NCBI GenBank assembly: GCA_964568285.1
Contig: CAZMPT010000001.1
Coordinates: 1-34,968 of the forward strand
DNA length: 34,968 bases
Direction of reading: 5' to 3'
Source of the DNA: an uncultured archaeon
GTDB lineage: Archaea; Thermoplasmatota; Poseidoniia; MGIII; CG-Epi1
The first letter of the stretch is position 1. Every line of letters begins with the position of its first letter. The notes below the pieces were generated by a model. It made no database searches and was not told the origin of the DNA. It saw only the letters and a list, made by a program, of their open reading frames with translations. The position numbers and the translations under genes are program-made. Below, piece by piece: positions 1-9,556 of the stretch.

Positions 1-270
1 AGGCTCTGGTTCAGGAAGTGGAGAAGGTTCAGGTTCCGGTTCAGGAGAAGGAACTGGCGAAGGTTCAGGCGAAGGTCAAGGAGAAGGAAGCGGTCAAGGA
101 CAGGGTGAAGGCTCTGGAGAAGGCCAAGGTGAGCCATCAGATTCAGGACAACCAATACCAAATGGGACAGGTCAAGCATCAGGTGGAACTCCTAGTAATG
201 GTGGTGGCCCACCCAGCCCTCCCGGACCTCCCGGCCCACCTAATGGAGAAGAGAATGACCTATTAGAACA
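1..270 (+). repeat. Imperfect tandem coding repeats (GGT TCA GGN GAA GGN type) encoding a Gly-Ser/Glu/Gln low-complexity tract, then PPSPPGPPGPP
   Basis: Frame 2 reads GSGSGSGEGSGSGSGEGTGEGSGEGQGEGSGQGQGEGSGEGQGEPSD...GGGPPSPPGPPGPPNGEEN with no stop. It is the N-terminal part of the CDS below. Confidence 0.8.
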
Positions 271-2407
271 ATTATTGCGAGAACAAGAGTTAAGAGATAA
301 TGAGGCGCAAGAACAAGAAGAGATGGAAGAGGATGACCTCAACCCTCAAGATTTCATGGATGATACAGATGAGAGTAGCCCAGATAATTACGATGATATT
401 TTTGATGAATCTCCAGATATTATTGATAGTGATGAATCTCCAGATGAATTTATGGATGTTGTTCCCACAGATGCTAACTCGCAGGAAGATAGACCATTTC
501 AAGATTTATCTGATGAAGAACTTCAACGAATGATTGATGAATTAATGATGATGAATCCAACACCGGGGCCACAACCCTCCCAAGATAGCCCTTCTGATAC
601 AGGCCAAAATCCACGACAACAACAAACTCAATTTCCACAACCTCCCGTATCTCCTGATTTAAATCTTCCACAGGGGCAAACTTGGTTATGGGTTAATACA
701 GTCTCCGGACTATTAGAAACTGCGGTGGAGAGACCACCCAATGGACCATGGGTTCATGTATTATTTATGACAAATCCTGATGGGACAAATAGCACCTTTA
801 TTATGACTTTTGATGATTTACGCCGAATGCCTCTATCTGATACGCAAATAGAATATTTCCAACCCGTCCCCACTACTTTAGTTATGGATTTTGAAGAAAT
901 GGATGATTTTAACCTTTATGTCGGAAGTTCGCAATTTAATTCATATCAAGATGGTTATTGGGAAATAATTACAGATTCGTTAATGTCATCAATTACTATC
1001 CAATTAATGCCCAATATAGATACTGATGGTCCGGAAAGTCGGTGGGTCAGTATGGGTGGTGGAGAAGATGTATCTTCTGATACCACTCAAGCAATTAATC
1101 AACAGATGCAAGAGATGATAGACCAAATTAACCAAGAAAATCAAATTGCTAATGACCGAGGTATTCCTACGGGATATGGAGAAGGTTCCACATCCCCTTA
1201 TGTTCCTGATGATGAATCCAACGCCGTGGCTCAACAAGAAGCGGCGGAAGCAGGAGCAAGAGCAGGGAAGGGAGATGCATCAGAGGCCAGAGAGGGTGCA
1301 TCAAGAGAAACCAGTGCGGCCAGACAGGAAGCCCAAGGAGCCGCTCGACAAGTAGAGGCGACTGATGATATTGAAAGTGCCATAGAGGGAGTAGAACAGG
1401 CCCTAGAGAATGCTATGAAGGCTAATGCTGTGGCTGACCCTACAATTGAGGCTGATGTATCTAATCGTAATCAAGCCATAACTGCTGCTAATGATGCTAT
1501 CAATAGTTTGGAAGAGATGTTAGTGCCTGATGCTCCAATGGAGGATGAAATTAGAGAAATGTTAAATCAGGCTCGTGAAGACTTAGATAACTTAGAAATT
1601 GGAGAAGGTAGTTCTTTGGCTCAAAGTATGGCGGAAGTTGCACAAGAATCTCGAGATAAGGCTATGGATGCATCCCCTAATAGAACAGAAGAATCACTAT
1701 ATGAAGCCACTAATGCTACTGAAGCGGCTGTGAATGCTAATGCTGCGGCCATTCAAGGCGATAATGATGATAGAGCAGCCGTTCAAGAGGCCCGAAATAT
1801 GGCGCAACAGGCTATTGATGCCGCAAATGAAGCCGGTGCCGATACATCTCCCATTCAACAATTACTAGACCAACAACCTGACATCAATAATTTAGGAGAG
1901 TTAGCAGAAGAAGCCGAAGCCCGTAATAGAGATACATTACCCGGAGAATTTGCTGATGTTAATAATCCTGAAGTATCCGAAGACATGATGGTTGTGGCTC
2001 GTAGGGCAACAGAAATTGCTGAACAAGCCATGGCAGAGGCTAATCCTACTAATATAAATGATATGGAAGCGGCGAGATATATTCAGGGACAGGCCAATAA
2101 TGCTATTGATAATGTTGAAGGAAGGTGGGATGGAGATAGTGAAGAAATCAATGAGTTACGACAGAAAATACAAGAGGCGGCTGCTGAATTGGATGAAAGA
2201 GCCGAATCTATGTGTGCTTTATGGAATACTACTTCACAAACATGGTATCGTGGTATGAGTGGGAAAATCTTAATATTTGGAAATATTCAAGATGCTTTGG
2301 TATATGGAGTCCAAAAGGGCATAATTCCAGAAGATGCATCTCCAGATATGCCTTCAGATTGGCGAGCCATTACGGTTATACCCATAGGAACTGGAGGTGA
2401 ACTTTGA
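2..2407 (+). CDS. Large acidic low-complexity / Ala-rich helical-repeat protein, 5'-partial (continues upstream of the window)
   Basis: Frame 2 is open from nt 2 into the ORF-track ORF 275..2407, whose listed M is a TTG codon. Composition runs from the GS/GE repeat to a poly-Pro tract, a D/E-rich segment, a globular part, and then repeated helical units of the EATNATEAAVNANAAAIQG / EARNMAQQAIDAANEAGAD type. Confidence 0.75.
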   Translation, partial: GSGSGSGEGSGSGSGEGTGEGSGEGQGEGSGQGQGEGSGEGQGEPSDSGQPIPNGTGQASGGTPSNGGGPPSPPGPPGPPNGEENDLLEQLLREQELRDNEAQEQEEMEEDDLNPQDFMDDTDESSPDNYDDIFDESPDIIDSDESPDEFMDVVPTDANSQEDRPFQDLSDEELQRMIDELMMMNPTPGPQPSQDSPSDTGQNPRQQQTQFPQPPVSPDLNLPQGQTWLWVNTVSGLLETAVERPPNGPWVHVLFMTNPDGTNSTFIMTFDDLRRMPLSDTQIEYFQPVPTTLVMDFEEMDDFNLYVGSSQFNSYQDGYWEIITDSLMSSITIQLMPNIDTDGPESRWVSMGGGEDVSSDTTQAINQQMQEMIDQINQENQIANDRGIPTGYGEGSTSPYVPDDESNAVAQQEAAEAGARAGKGDASEAREGASRETSAARQEAQGAARQVEATDDIESAIEGVEQALENAMKANAVADPTIEADVSNRNQAITAANDAINSLEEMLVPDAPMEDEIREMLNQAREDLDNLEIGEGSSLAQSMAEVAQESRDKAMDASPNRTEESLYEATNATEAAVNANAAAIQGDNDDRAAVQEARNMAQQAIDAANEAGADTSPIQQLLDQQPDINNLGELAEEAEARNRDTLPGEFADVNNPEVSEDMMVVARRATEIAEQAMAEANPTNINDMEAARYIQGQANNAIDNVEGRWDGDSEEINELRQKIQEAAAELDERAESMCALWNTTSQTWYRGMSGKILIFGNIQDALVYGVQKGIIPEDASPDMPSDWRAITVIPIGTGGEL

Positions 2408-3747
2408 TGCCTGATACTTATGAAGTTAAATATTACAAACCGGCCCGTGAAGAATCATTTTCTCAAACAGACATAGATAATGACTTTAGAGAGTCTTTTA
2501 ATGATGCGTATGAAGATTCATATCAAGAATTTATTGAAGGAGTAAATGAAGTAACAGCCAGACCTGAACCAGAAGAGGGCGACATTGCTACCGTCATTAA
2601 TTTGAATGGTCGTATTGATTTGATTGCTTGCGGTTTCCCACCTGAAGCCATTAGAAGTCAGCCCAGAGGAGGTTATATTTCTCCTATGGCTATCGCTGAT
2701 TATGTTGAAGTTTATTTTAATACTGCTTATGGCCGACAATTTTTAGAGGTAATTCAAAATCCGGGAGCCTCCGAGCCACAACAAGTGACACCGGTTCGTG
2801 TCGGAGCCAAAGTGACATTAGCCACATGGAATCCCCATCAAGATGAGGAAGGAAACGACATACCATTACCTGATGATGTAGTAGTAGTAACTGCCGCTCC
2901 ACCTGCACAATATATTGAAACTGATGATACTGGGGCGGAAGTTGCCTCAAATTATGCTCCGGAAGCCATAAATCCATGGTATGTGTTTTTACGAAAGGAT
3001 AACTTAGACATTTTTGCTTTGGAAGAATTGCGAGAGGGAGATTATCGTATAACTAACTTTGAGGGTGAATATCCACGCCTTATGAAGAAGGAAGATGGAA
3101 GTATGACTCGAAACATAGAGGATTATGTCAATGATTTGATGACTAATGGCTTTACACCAGCCGGATTCGGAATTGGTAGTATAGGATTTGTCCGATATGA
3201 TAGCAGTATGCCCGGAACCTTACAATTTTACAACCCGTCCACCGCATCCCGCCGATTAAATAGAGATTGGTATGCACCACTTTTACCATCTAATGTGATT
3301 CCTCTGAAGGGTTCTGCCCCATCACAAGATGTAGAACGAGAGGGCGAAAAAGATTGGATTGAGCGGAGAGAACGAGTCAGAGCAGGACAATTAGAAAAAC
3401 GCCGAACTAAAACAGATTCTACTGCAAGGGCCATTGTTTGGGTCAATAATAAGAGTGGAGAAACCAAACAGACGGCTACCGCACCCGGAAATAGTTGGAT
3501 TAGGTGTCCTAAAATCACATTATTCGGCACTGAAATTGCTTCAAACTTAGATGCTATTGCGGATTATGCTGGAGAATCAAATTATGACATTGAGATTATG
3601 GATATTAAAGAAGGCACTAGTGGACAGGCTATTGCTATTAAAATTGGCGGAAATGACCGAGAGAGATTAATAAAAGCCATAAGTGAAACTGCGGCCCCAC
3701 TTAGGGACAAGGCATTTGAAACATTTTACATTTTAAGGTATAGGTGA
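2407..3747 (+). CDS. Hypothetical protein (446 aa)
   Basis: Long ORF. The ATG at 2407 shares one nt with the upstream TGA (TGATG), which suggests translational coupling. The track start at 2404 is a TTG. Confidence 0.7.
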   Translation: MPDTYEVKYYKPAREESFSQTDIDNDFRESFNDAYEDSYQEFIEGVNEVTARPEPEEGDIATVINLNGRIDLIACGFPPEAIRSQPRGGYISPMAIADYVEVYFNTAYGRQFLEVIQNPGASEPQQVTPVRVGAKVTLATWNPHQDEEGNDIPLPDDVVVVTAAPPAQYIETDDTGAEVASNYAPEAINPWYVFLRKDNLDIFALEELREGDYRITNFEGEYPRLMKKEDGSMTRNIEDYVNDLMTNGFTPAGFGIGSIGFVRYDSSMPGTLQFYNPSTASRRLNRDWYAPLLPSNVIPLKGSAPSQDVEREGEKDWIERRERVRAGQLEKRRTKTDSTARAIVWVNNKSGETKQTATAPGNSWIRCPKITLFGTEIASNLDAIADYAGESNYDIEIMDIKEGTSGQAIAIKIGGNDRERLIKAISETAAPLRDKAFETFYILRYR

Positions 3748-3751
3748 TATT

Positions 3752-4603
3752 ATGAATTGGAAAAAAGAATGGAATAAATTTTCTGAAGGTGCAATTAAAG
3801 ATATGAAGAAGCACTCTGATAATACTCATGAAGAGCGTGAGTGGATGTGTTATGTTTATGAAGAAGATGGTATTTATCATTTAGGAAATGTAACTTATGG
3901 AGATGAATCTCGCATTGAGGTGAATCCTACTGCTAAAACTAACGAAGATGCATTAGTTAATGGACTAAGGCATAAAAAATGGACGATTCACGGACATCCA
4001 TTAAAAGATGGTAAGATTTATACAGGCCGACAATACTTTAGTTCTACCGATGTAATTGATGAGTTCATTAAATGTCGAGATAATGATGAATATGTGGTGC
4101 AATTCGTAGTGTATCCTCATCAACAAGTAGATGATAATACAGGACAAAGAGTGTTACATAATCGTGTCAGGGTCTTAGTATTCCCTGATTCGGCTACCGT
4201 AGTAGAAGCCATGAGAAAAGCCTCACCTAATTGTGACCCCTATTCCATTACCAGAGAATCTGGACAAAATCATTCCGTTCCAGACGGTAATGGTGGAACT
4301 ACTTTGGCTAATGATGCTGGGGCGGATTGGTTCGCTTTCCAAGAAGTATTAGGAGATATGGGATGGATGGGTATTGTAGATATTGAAGGGCCGGAATATG
4401 GAGCCGAGTCTTATAGTGCCGAAGATGATATGTTATCTCGCAGAAATATTGTTACGGCTATTGGTATGGCCTCAATTGCCGCCGTTATTTATGGTGTAGC
4501 CCGATATAATAATAAAGTTAGTGATGCTATTTCTAAGTTTGGTGTAGAAACCGTAGAAGGCAGCACTGAAGAATTAGAAGGATTCCATTGGTGGAAGAAA
4601 TAA
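3752..4603 (+). CDS. Possible JAB/MPN (JAMM) metalloprotease-like protein with a C-terminal TM helix
   Basis: Contains EEREW...WTIHGHP-x14-SSTD, which resembles the JAMM motif E...HxH...SxxD but with a longer spacer. The C-terminal hydrophobic helix is IVTAIGMASIAAVIYGV. The SD AGGTGAT lies 3 nt before the ATG and contains the upstream stop. Confidence 0.45.
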   Translation: MNWKKEWNKFSEGAIKDMKKHSDNTHEEREWMCYVYEEDGIYHLGNVTYGDESRIEVNPTAKTNEDALVNGLRHKKWTIHGHPLKDGKIYTGRQYFSSTDVIDEFIKCRDNDEYVVQFVVYPHQQVDDNTGQRVLHNRVRVLVFPDSATVVEAMRKASPNCDPYSITRESGQNHSVPDGNGGTTLANDAGADWFAFQEVLGDMGWMGIVDIEGPEYGAESYSAEDDMLSRRNIVTAIGMASIAAVIYGVARYNNKVSDAISKFGVETVEGSTEELEGFHWWKK

Positions 4604-4887
4604 TGACATCTAATGAAGATATATTAGCGGCCATGGCTGCGGAAAAAGAAAAACAGAAAGCATTTTCTGTGCAACATCCGCAATTAGGCCCACAACTTAC
4701 TGCTAAAGATATTGTAAAATCACATCAGGAACAAGTAAATCCCGGAAGAGGAGGCCAAAAGATTGGTGTAGATTCAAAATTAGGTGCGCCTAGCAGTGGT
4801 GCGAGTATAGAAAAAAGTATGCCCTCTGTCAAAGATTTTTGGAATATTCCCGGCTTAAAACAAGCGTTAAAGTCTGATAGGCGTTAA
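4603..4887 (+). CDS. Hypothetical protein (94 aa)
   Basis: The ATG at 4603 overlaps the upstream TAA (TAATG). The track start at 4588 is a TTG. Confidence 0.55.
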   Translation: MTSNEDILAAMAAEKEKQKAFSVQHPQLGPQLTAKDIVKSHQEQVNPGRGGQKIGVDSKLGAPSSGASIEKSMPSVKDFWNIPGLKQALKSDRR

Positions 4888-5024
4888 ATATGAAATATCA
4901 GATGATATGCTCCAATCATTCCTGCGGTAACTAAAGCAGAAAATACATTTGCCATGAACTGCACATAAATTTCATCGTGTAGGTGTGATTCAACATTTTT
5001 TCCAAAGAAAACCCATTTTTTCAT
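4884..5024 (-). CDS. Small hydrophobic protein (46 aa), not in the ORF track
   Basis: Translates as MKKWVFFGKNVESHLHDEIYVQFMANVFSALVTAGMIGAYHLIFHI. The ATG lies 3 nt after the stop of the 1015-aa gene. The SD AGGAGG is 8 nt upstream. Confidence 0.55.
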   Translation of the reverse strand: MKKWVFFGKNVESHLHDEIYVQFMANVFSALVTAGMIGAYHLIFHI

Positions 5025-5027
5025 GTC

Positions 5028-8000
5028 TTATTCCTCCTGTGGGGTAATTAGCGACAGAATTCTATTATTTAGAATCGCAGCCCAATTAATCAGAGGGATT
5101 TTTCCTCTGCGCCAAGGAGAACTAGTGGGTGCTGAATAATCAATAGTTTTCCCTTCCAAGTTCGTTAATTCTTCCATTTCAAATATATCGTCCGGCAGAC
5201 TTTCTATGACAATACGAGGCACATCGCTATATTCCATAGTATTTTCTGTATTGCCCATAGCACGATTCAGCAGTGGTTCTCTACCGCCCGCCCAAACAAG
5301 ATTATCTCTGATTACTCCGCCGGATTCTCTTATTGCAGCCCATTGTTCATCAGTAAAATTTCTACCATATTCCATATTATTGGGAGTGAAGGCTAAATTA
5401 CCGTTATTATCTTCCATCATCATTGTATTATTGTTTAATCTAAGATAACCTTCCACCGCTGTATTTTGTAATGGCCGAAGTAATTTTCTCCATGTCCAAT
5501 TTCCTCGGCGCAATTGATTAGCATTTTCAGTCGCACTATTCATTCGTGGCATAGTAATTACATATTCATTAGGGTTTTCATATCCACTGCGAAGTGATGT
5601 TTCAGTATCTAATCCTATTAAATTTGACATAATTATTCCTTGAGGGTCTGGCGCATCCGTAGGCTCGTAAAGATTTCTTCGGGGAAGTCTAAATAACTCA
5701 CCTTTGACCTTGGCAGCCGTAGGATATGTCTCATCATGTGGAGTTGCTAATAATTGCCGAATTGAAGTTTCTTCACCCGATTGTGGAGGTATTTTAGGTT
5801 GAAAGTGAACATCTATATTAGTTGTAGGATACACCCTTTGAGAAAAATCTTCTAGGGTAATATCGTTGGCCCATCCTACACCCTCAAGTCTGTTTCTCCA
5901 AATCACATTCTCCATATAACTCCATGACCATCCGATTTCCCATCCATTTCCAAGTTTAATAGGATTTTGAGGGTCTTCTGGGTTAGGTTGTGTTTCCATT
6001 GAGAGAATTCCACTATCTCCTAAAAATTCATTCCACCACTCATCATGAATTGTAGTCATTGGAGTTAGGAAACTTTGTAGCATTCCTATATTTCCTTGAC
6101 CTCGTTGCCGACCATATCCCAGTGGAGCATTATTAGGAGGGTCAATTTTTTGGCGGGGCCAAGAGCATCCTTCATCCCAAAATTTGTAAGTAATTAGAGG
6201 TATTTCCTCTGGAGTTGATATGGCCCCATTCATCAGTGGTTGAGCATTTTCTACCGTAATAACACCAATATCATTCCAGACCCACCCATTATATTTTGGG
6301 TTTAGATATTCAGGGTCGGGGGTCATTGAAATTGCGTGAAATTCGGTTAATTCCGGCGTTGAACTACCCCTTGTTTTTTTAGTAGATGGATGTAGGAAAG
6401 TAGTGGAAATATGCCAGTATTTTAAATCAGTGGTTGTAGGGGCATTTCTTTCGTAATGAAACCACCAATCTGATAGAGATATTTCGTAAGCGTATTGTGG
6501 GTCTCCGCCCAAGTCAAAGACAATTTCTCTTGGAACAGCATATAATCCATTAGGCCAGCCGCCTCCATCACCAGTAGGGCTATAATAGGTAGCCACCGCT
6601 AAGGCGTATTCTACATTTACCCACGATGGTATTGAAAACAGCCATTGAGTCATTACTGAAGATAAGTGTTCATCTGATGTTCTTCGTAATGATGCGATAG
6701 GAGTGTCCCGCTCTGCATTATATCTTGTGAGGATAGCATCAAACATCCCCCTAAAAGAAGTTATGAATGGTTGAAGTGATTCATCTACGATTTGATAAGA
6801 TTCCCAGCAATCTAGGGCATTTACGATGGTGGAAATAGTGGTTCCTTGAGGGGAGTTACTACTAGAATAATGTTTCAATCCGCCCGCAGTTTCCTGATAC
6901 TTTAGAATCTCTCCATTAAGCCTATTACCAAAAGCATCCATTGTAGCGATACCGTTGTTTTGTGGAACTAAAAAATCTGAAGAGTAAGGAAAATTTAGAT
7001 AAAATGTTATTTCACCAACAACAGAGGGATACAAATCTAGTAATCTTTGGAGTTGTAAAATTGCATCAGCAGATAGGGGCAACGCTTCTAATGTTGCAGT
7101 ATAACCTTCAGGCACCGTTGGATGTCCTAATTCATTTAGCCCTACGAAGTCCAAGTTAAGATATTGTAAAATAGTTTCTGCGGTTATCATACTAATTTCA
7201 GGCAATTCTCTTAGTAATATCTCTGTCATCCTTTGTAATGTTTCATGCGCTAATTTATCAGTTACATACAAGTTTTCATCAAAAAGTTTATTTCTTATCA
7301 TAAAATCTTTTCCATTTCCAATTCTTTCATTCAACCATGCTTCTGCCGCATCAATAAGTGGAGTTTCTCCAGTCGTAGCATTCCCAGTTATATCCACTAG
7401 TGGTAATTCATCCCACGATATTGTAGGGCTATACAATGTATGAGAATAGCCGTTAAGCACACCCCAATCAATTTGCATAATATTTCCAATGTCTGCATAA
7501 TCTTGATAGTCTGGATGTTGTGCCGCTATCATTTTGCCCGTAGTATGCCTTCTTGTAGTGGGGTATGTCCGGTTTTGTTTATCTGATAGCCAATCCTTTT
7601 CAGTTAATAGTCGATTTCCCCTAGGGCCTCTAAGTTCATATTTTTGCTTCATAGCATTGATGTAGTATTCAAACCCACGATAGAAATTACTATTAGGTAA
7701 GAAAGTATTTCCATTTGGTTGCACACCCCAGTATCTCAAAGTGTTCTTTTGAGGGTCAGCAAAAGATTCGCCAGATAAGTATGTTAATAATTGAGCAGAC
7801 AATCCAACTTGCGACCCTCGTGGCCTCATTCTTCTAAGTGCTTCGGCATTTAATGGGCCGGAGTTTTCTAATGCACTATTTATTAGAGATTGGGCTGGAT
7901 GTAATACTACGGGCGTTGAAGGCACCCCCTCAATATCTGATGGGAAACCAACAGTTCCGATATTCATTCTGCTACCCATTGGGGATGGATTTTTTTGCCC

Positions 8001-8075
8001 TACTAATGTTGCATTCCACCATTTGAAATAACCTATATCGTTCAACCATTTGAAATAAAATTCTTGCCACTTCAT
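5028..8075 (-). CDS. Large Trp-rich hypothetical protein (1015 aa), possibly structural
   Basis: Uninterrupted 3-kb ORF with the SD GAGGGTGG upstream of the ATG at 8075. I recognised no catalytic motif (no polymerase DTDS, no P-loop). Confidence 0.75.
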   Translation of the reverse strand: MKWQEFYFKWLNDIGYFKWWNATLVGQKNPSPMGSRMNIGTVGFPSDIEGVPSTPVVLHPAQSLINSALENSGPLNAEALRRMRPRGSQVGLSAQLLTYLSGESFADPQKNTLRYWGVQPNGNTFLPNSNFYRGFEYYINAMKQKYELRGPRGNRLLTEKDWLSDKQNRTYPTTRRHTTGKMIAAQHPDYQDYADIGNIMQIDWGVLNGYSHTLYSPTISWDELPLVDITGNATTGETPLIDAAEAWLNERIGNGKDFMIRNKLFDENLYVTDKLAHETLQRMTEILLRELPEISMITAETILQYLNLDFVGLNELGHPTVPEGYTATLEALPLSADAILQLQRLLDLYPSVVGEITFYLNFPYSSDFLVPQNNGIATMDAFGNRLNGEILKYQETAGGLKHYSSSNSPQGTTISTIVNALDCWESYQIVDESLQPFITSFRGMFDAILTRYNAERDTPIASLRRTSDEHLSSVMTQWLFSIPSWVNVEYALAVATYYSPTGDGGGWPNGLYAVPREIVFDLGGDPQYAYEISLSDWWFHYERNAPTTTDLKYWHISTTFLHPSTKKTRGSSTPELTEFHAISMTPDPEYLNPKYNGWVWNDIGVITVENAQPLMNGAISTPEEIPLITYKFWDEGCSWPRQKIDPPNNAPLGYGRQRGQGNIGMLQSFLTPMTTIHDEWWNEFLGDSGILSMETQPNPEDPQNPIKLGNGWEIGWSWSYMENVIWRNRLEGVGWANDITLEDFSQRVYPTTNIDVHFQPKIPPQSGEETSIRQLLATPHDETYPTAAKVKGELFRLPRRNLYEPTDAPDPQGIIMSNLIGLDTETSLRSGYENPNEYVITMPRMNSATENANQLRRGNWTWRKLLRPLQNTAVEGYLRLNNNTMMMEDNNGNLAFTPNNMEYGRNFTDEQWAAIRESGGVIRDNLVWAGGREPLLNRAMGNTENTMEYSDVPRIVIESLPDDIFEMEELTNLEGKTIDYSAPTSSPWRRGKIPLINWAAILNNRILSLITPQEE

Positions 8076-8077
8076 TA

Positions 8078-8890
8078 TTAACCACCCTCTGCCATCATAG
8101 CCCCTACATCATGTCGGTAGTCAAAATAGTTGTTATTAGATAATGCTTGTTGGTATCTGGAAATTTGTGGTTCATCAAATGCCGCAATAAATAAATCATA
8201 TTGTTCTCTTTGACGAATATTAGAAGAGTTTTTCATGTCAGGGGTAATCGGCCATGTAGAAACGATAGGGTCAAACCAAACCGGAGTTCCATCACTTCGG
8301 TATCCAAAATTGGCTACATTGGCTACATCTCTAATAATTACATTAGCGTGGTGGAATAAATCTTCAGTCAAACTACGATAGGCGTGTTGTTCTTCAGGCA
8401 CTTTCTTTTCATAAATGTGAGGATTCCACCCCGACCTATTTGGATACTTCATCATGCCGCCCCAATTATTGTAAATAGTATTTGGAACACGCTCCATGAC
8501 CCACCATGCTAATCTGTTTCCTGAAGAAAATTCTTTTAGGGCTGAAATAAGGTCTGCTTTATTCCACCCATAATCATAATAAGAATCTCTAACTACATCT
8601 CTCATTTCTTCGCTAACTTCTCCATAACCGAAATCATAAATGTGTGGTAAGTGAGGGTTAATTGGATTCCCAACTAAACGAGCCATTAAATTTGCTTGTA
8701 GTTCATTAGTGGCAATTTTTCTGGAACGCATACTTCTCAAATCACCAAAAGTATTTCGGTAAGGTAGCACTTCTCCGACCACTAAAGGTCTAATCTGAAC
8801 TACTTTAACGACCTTTTCAGGGTCATCTTCCAGTTCAAAGACGAACCCAGATTCCCCATATCCGATGAGCGAACCTAGTGATGGTAGCAT
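8078..8890 (-). CDS. Protein-kinase-like fold protein
   Basis: Motifs: Gly-loop IGYGESGFVFE, VVKVV (beta3 Lys), catalytic-loop-like HHANVIIRDVANVANFG, and DFG-like WFDP. The start was moved to the in-frame ATG at 8890 (Met3), exactly 20 nt from the promoter motif at 8910. Confidence 0.5.
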   Translation of the reverse strand: MLPSLGSLIGYGESGFVFELEDDPEKVVKVVQIRPLVVGEVLPYRNTFGDLRSMRSRKIATNELQANLMARLVGNPINPHLPHIYDFGYGEVSEEMRDVVRDSYYDYGWNKADLISALKEFSSGNRLAWWVMERVPNTIYNNWGGMMKYPNRSGWNPHIYEKKVPEEQHAYRSLTEDLFHHANVIIRDVANVANFGYRSDGTPVWFDPIVSTWPITPDMKNSSNIRQREQYDLFIAAFDEPQISRYQQALSNNNYFDYRHDVGAMMAEGG

Positions 8891-8909
8891 ATCCATATTT
8901 TCACTTCGC

Positions 8910-8919
8910 TGTTATTTAA
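8910..8919 (-). promoter_or_regulatory. TATA-like promoter element, variant TTAAATAACA
   Basis: 20 nt to ATG 8890. Contains the TAA stop of gene 8916..9515. Confidence 0.6.
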
Positions 8920-9515
8920 GGTTGTGGTCGCATAATCCACTCGGTTATTGTTTCAATAATTTCACTGGCTGCGTGAGGCACATCTTCCAGTTTAAGATTG
9001 TGGAAAGTTAGATTAAATCCTTCCATGCCATCAAGGTCTGTTTCGGAAATCTCGTTCCTATTTTCCCAATGGGTTGCCCATCCATCTCCATACGCCTTTT
9101 CCAGTCGGCGTTTTTGTTCTTCTTCATCAACGGTTAATCGGATTGTGAACCATCCATCATCTTTTAGAGCCGTTAATTCATTTTGAAATCTCATATCATC
9201 ACAGATAACCATTTCGCAATTGGTGGTATCGTTTAGACCCTGAACTTGGTTGAGTAGTAAATCTACCCATACCGTATTTCTAATTTGACGAAATTGCTGT
9301 CCAATTTTTTGTAGCAACTCTCTATCTTTTTTATCAGAGGGCATCAAGAAGTAATCATAGGCTACTCTTTTAACTGGCGTTGCTAGAGATACTTTGGTTG
9401 CATGACTCTCATTGGGACAGTGTTTCAATACTTGTTTTAGTAATTCATCCGCAAGCGTGGTTTTGCCTACACCCATCTTTCCGCTAATGGCTATTCCAAC
9501 CAAGTAATCACTCAT
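8916..9515 (-). CDS. P-loop deoxynucleoside-monophosphate kinase-like protein (T4 gp1 family)
   Basis: Walker A is GKMGVGKT. RELLQKIGQQFRQIRNTVWV and CDDMRFQNE resemble the RRLMQALGTD...YW and PDTRQDHE/DVRFPNE motifs of phage dNMP kinases. It is leaderless, with the ATG 20 nt from the exact promoter motif. Confidence 0.65.
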   Translation of the reverse strand: MSDYLVGIAISGKMGVGKTTLADELLKQVLKHCPNESHATKVSLATPVKRVAYDYFLMPSDKKDRELLQKIGQQFRQIRNTVWVDLLLNQVQGLNDTTNCEMVICDDMRFQNELTALKDDGWFTIRLTVDEEEQKRRLEKAYGDGWATHWENRNEISETDLDGMEGFNLTFHNLKLEDVPHAASEIIETITEWIMRPQP

Positions 9516-9534
9516 AGTATTTCATAGGGAGATG

Positions 9535-9544
9535 ACCTATTTAA
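9535..9544 (-). promoter_or_regulatory. Promoter element, exact TTAAATAGGT
   Basis: 20 nt to ATG 9515 (leaderless geometry). Confidence 0.75.
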
Positions 9545-9556
9545 GCATTTTAATTT

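Noticed and set aside
18-266. ORF-track CDS encoding a K/E/V-rich 82-aa protein
   Set aside because: It is an out-of-frame reading of the GGT-TCA-GGA-GAA repeats. Frame 2 is open across the same region and runs continuously into the 2.4-kb ORF.
1-270. Short tandem repeats as a possible CRISPR array
   Set aside because: The units are 15-nt-scale degenerate coding repeats without spacers, and they translate cleanly as a Gly/Ser/Glu tract. There is no repeat-spacer periodicity.
3256-3265. TTAAATAGAG inside ORF 2407..3747 as an internal promoter
   Set aside because: It matches only 8/10. The nearest downstream ATG is 7 nt away and out of frame, and no gene is served. It is probably chance in AT-rich coding sequence.
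5028-8075. The 1015-aa protein as a DNA polymerase or terminase
   Set aside because: No DxxSLYPS or YGDTDS motifs, no Walker A, and no other catalytic signature was visible. It is left as hypothetical, possibly structural.
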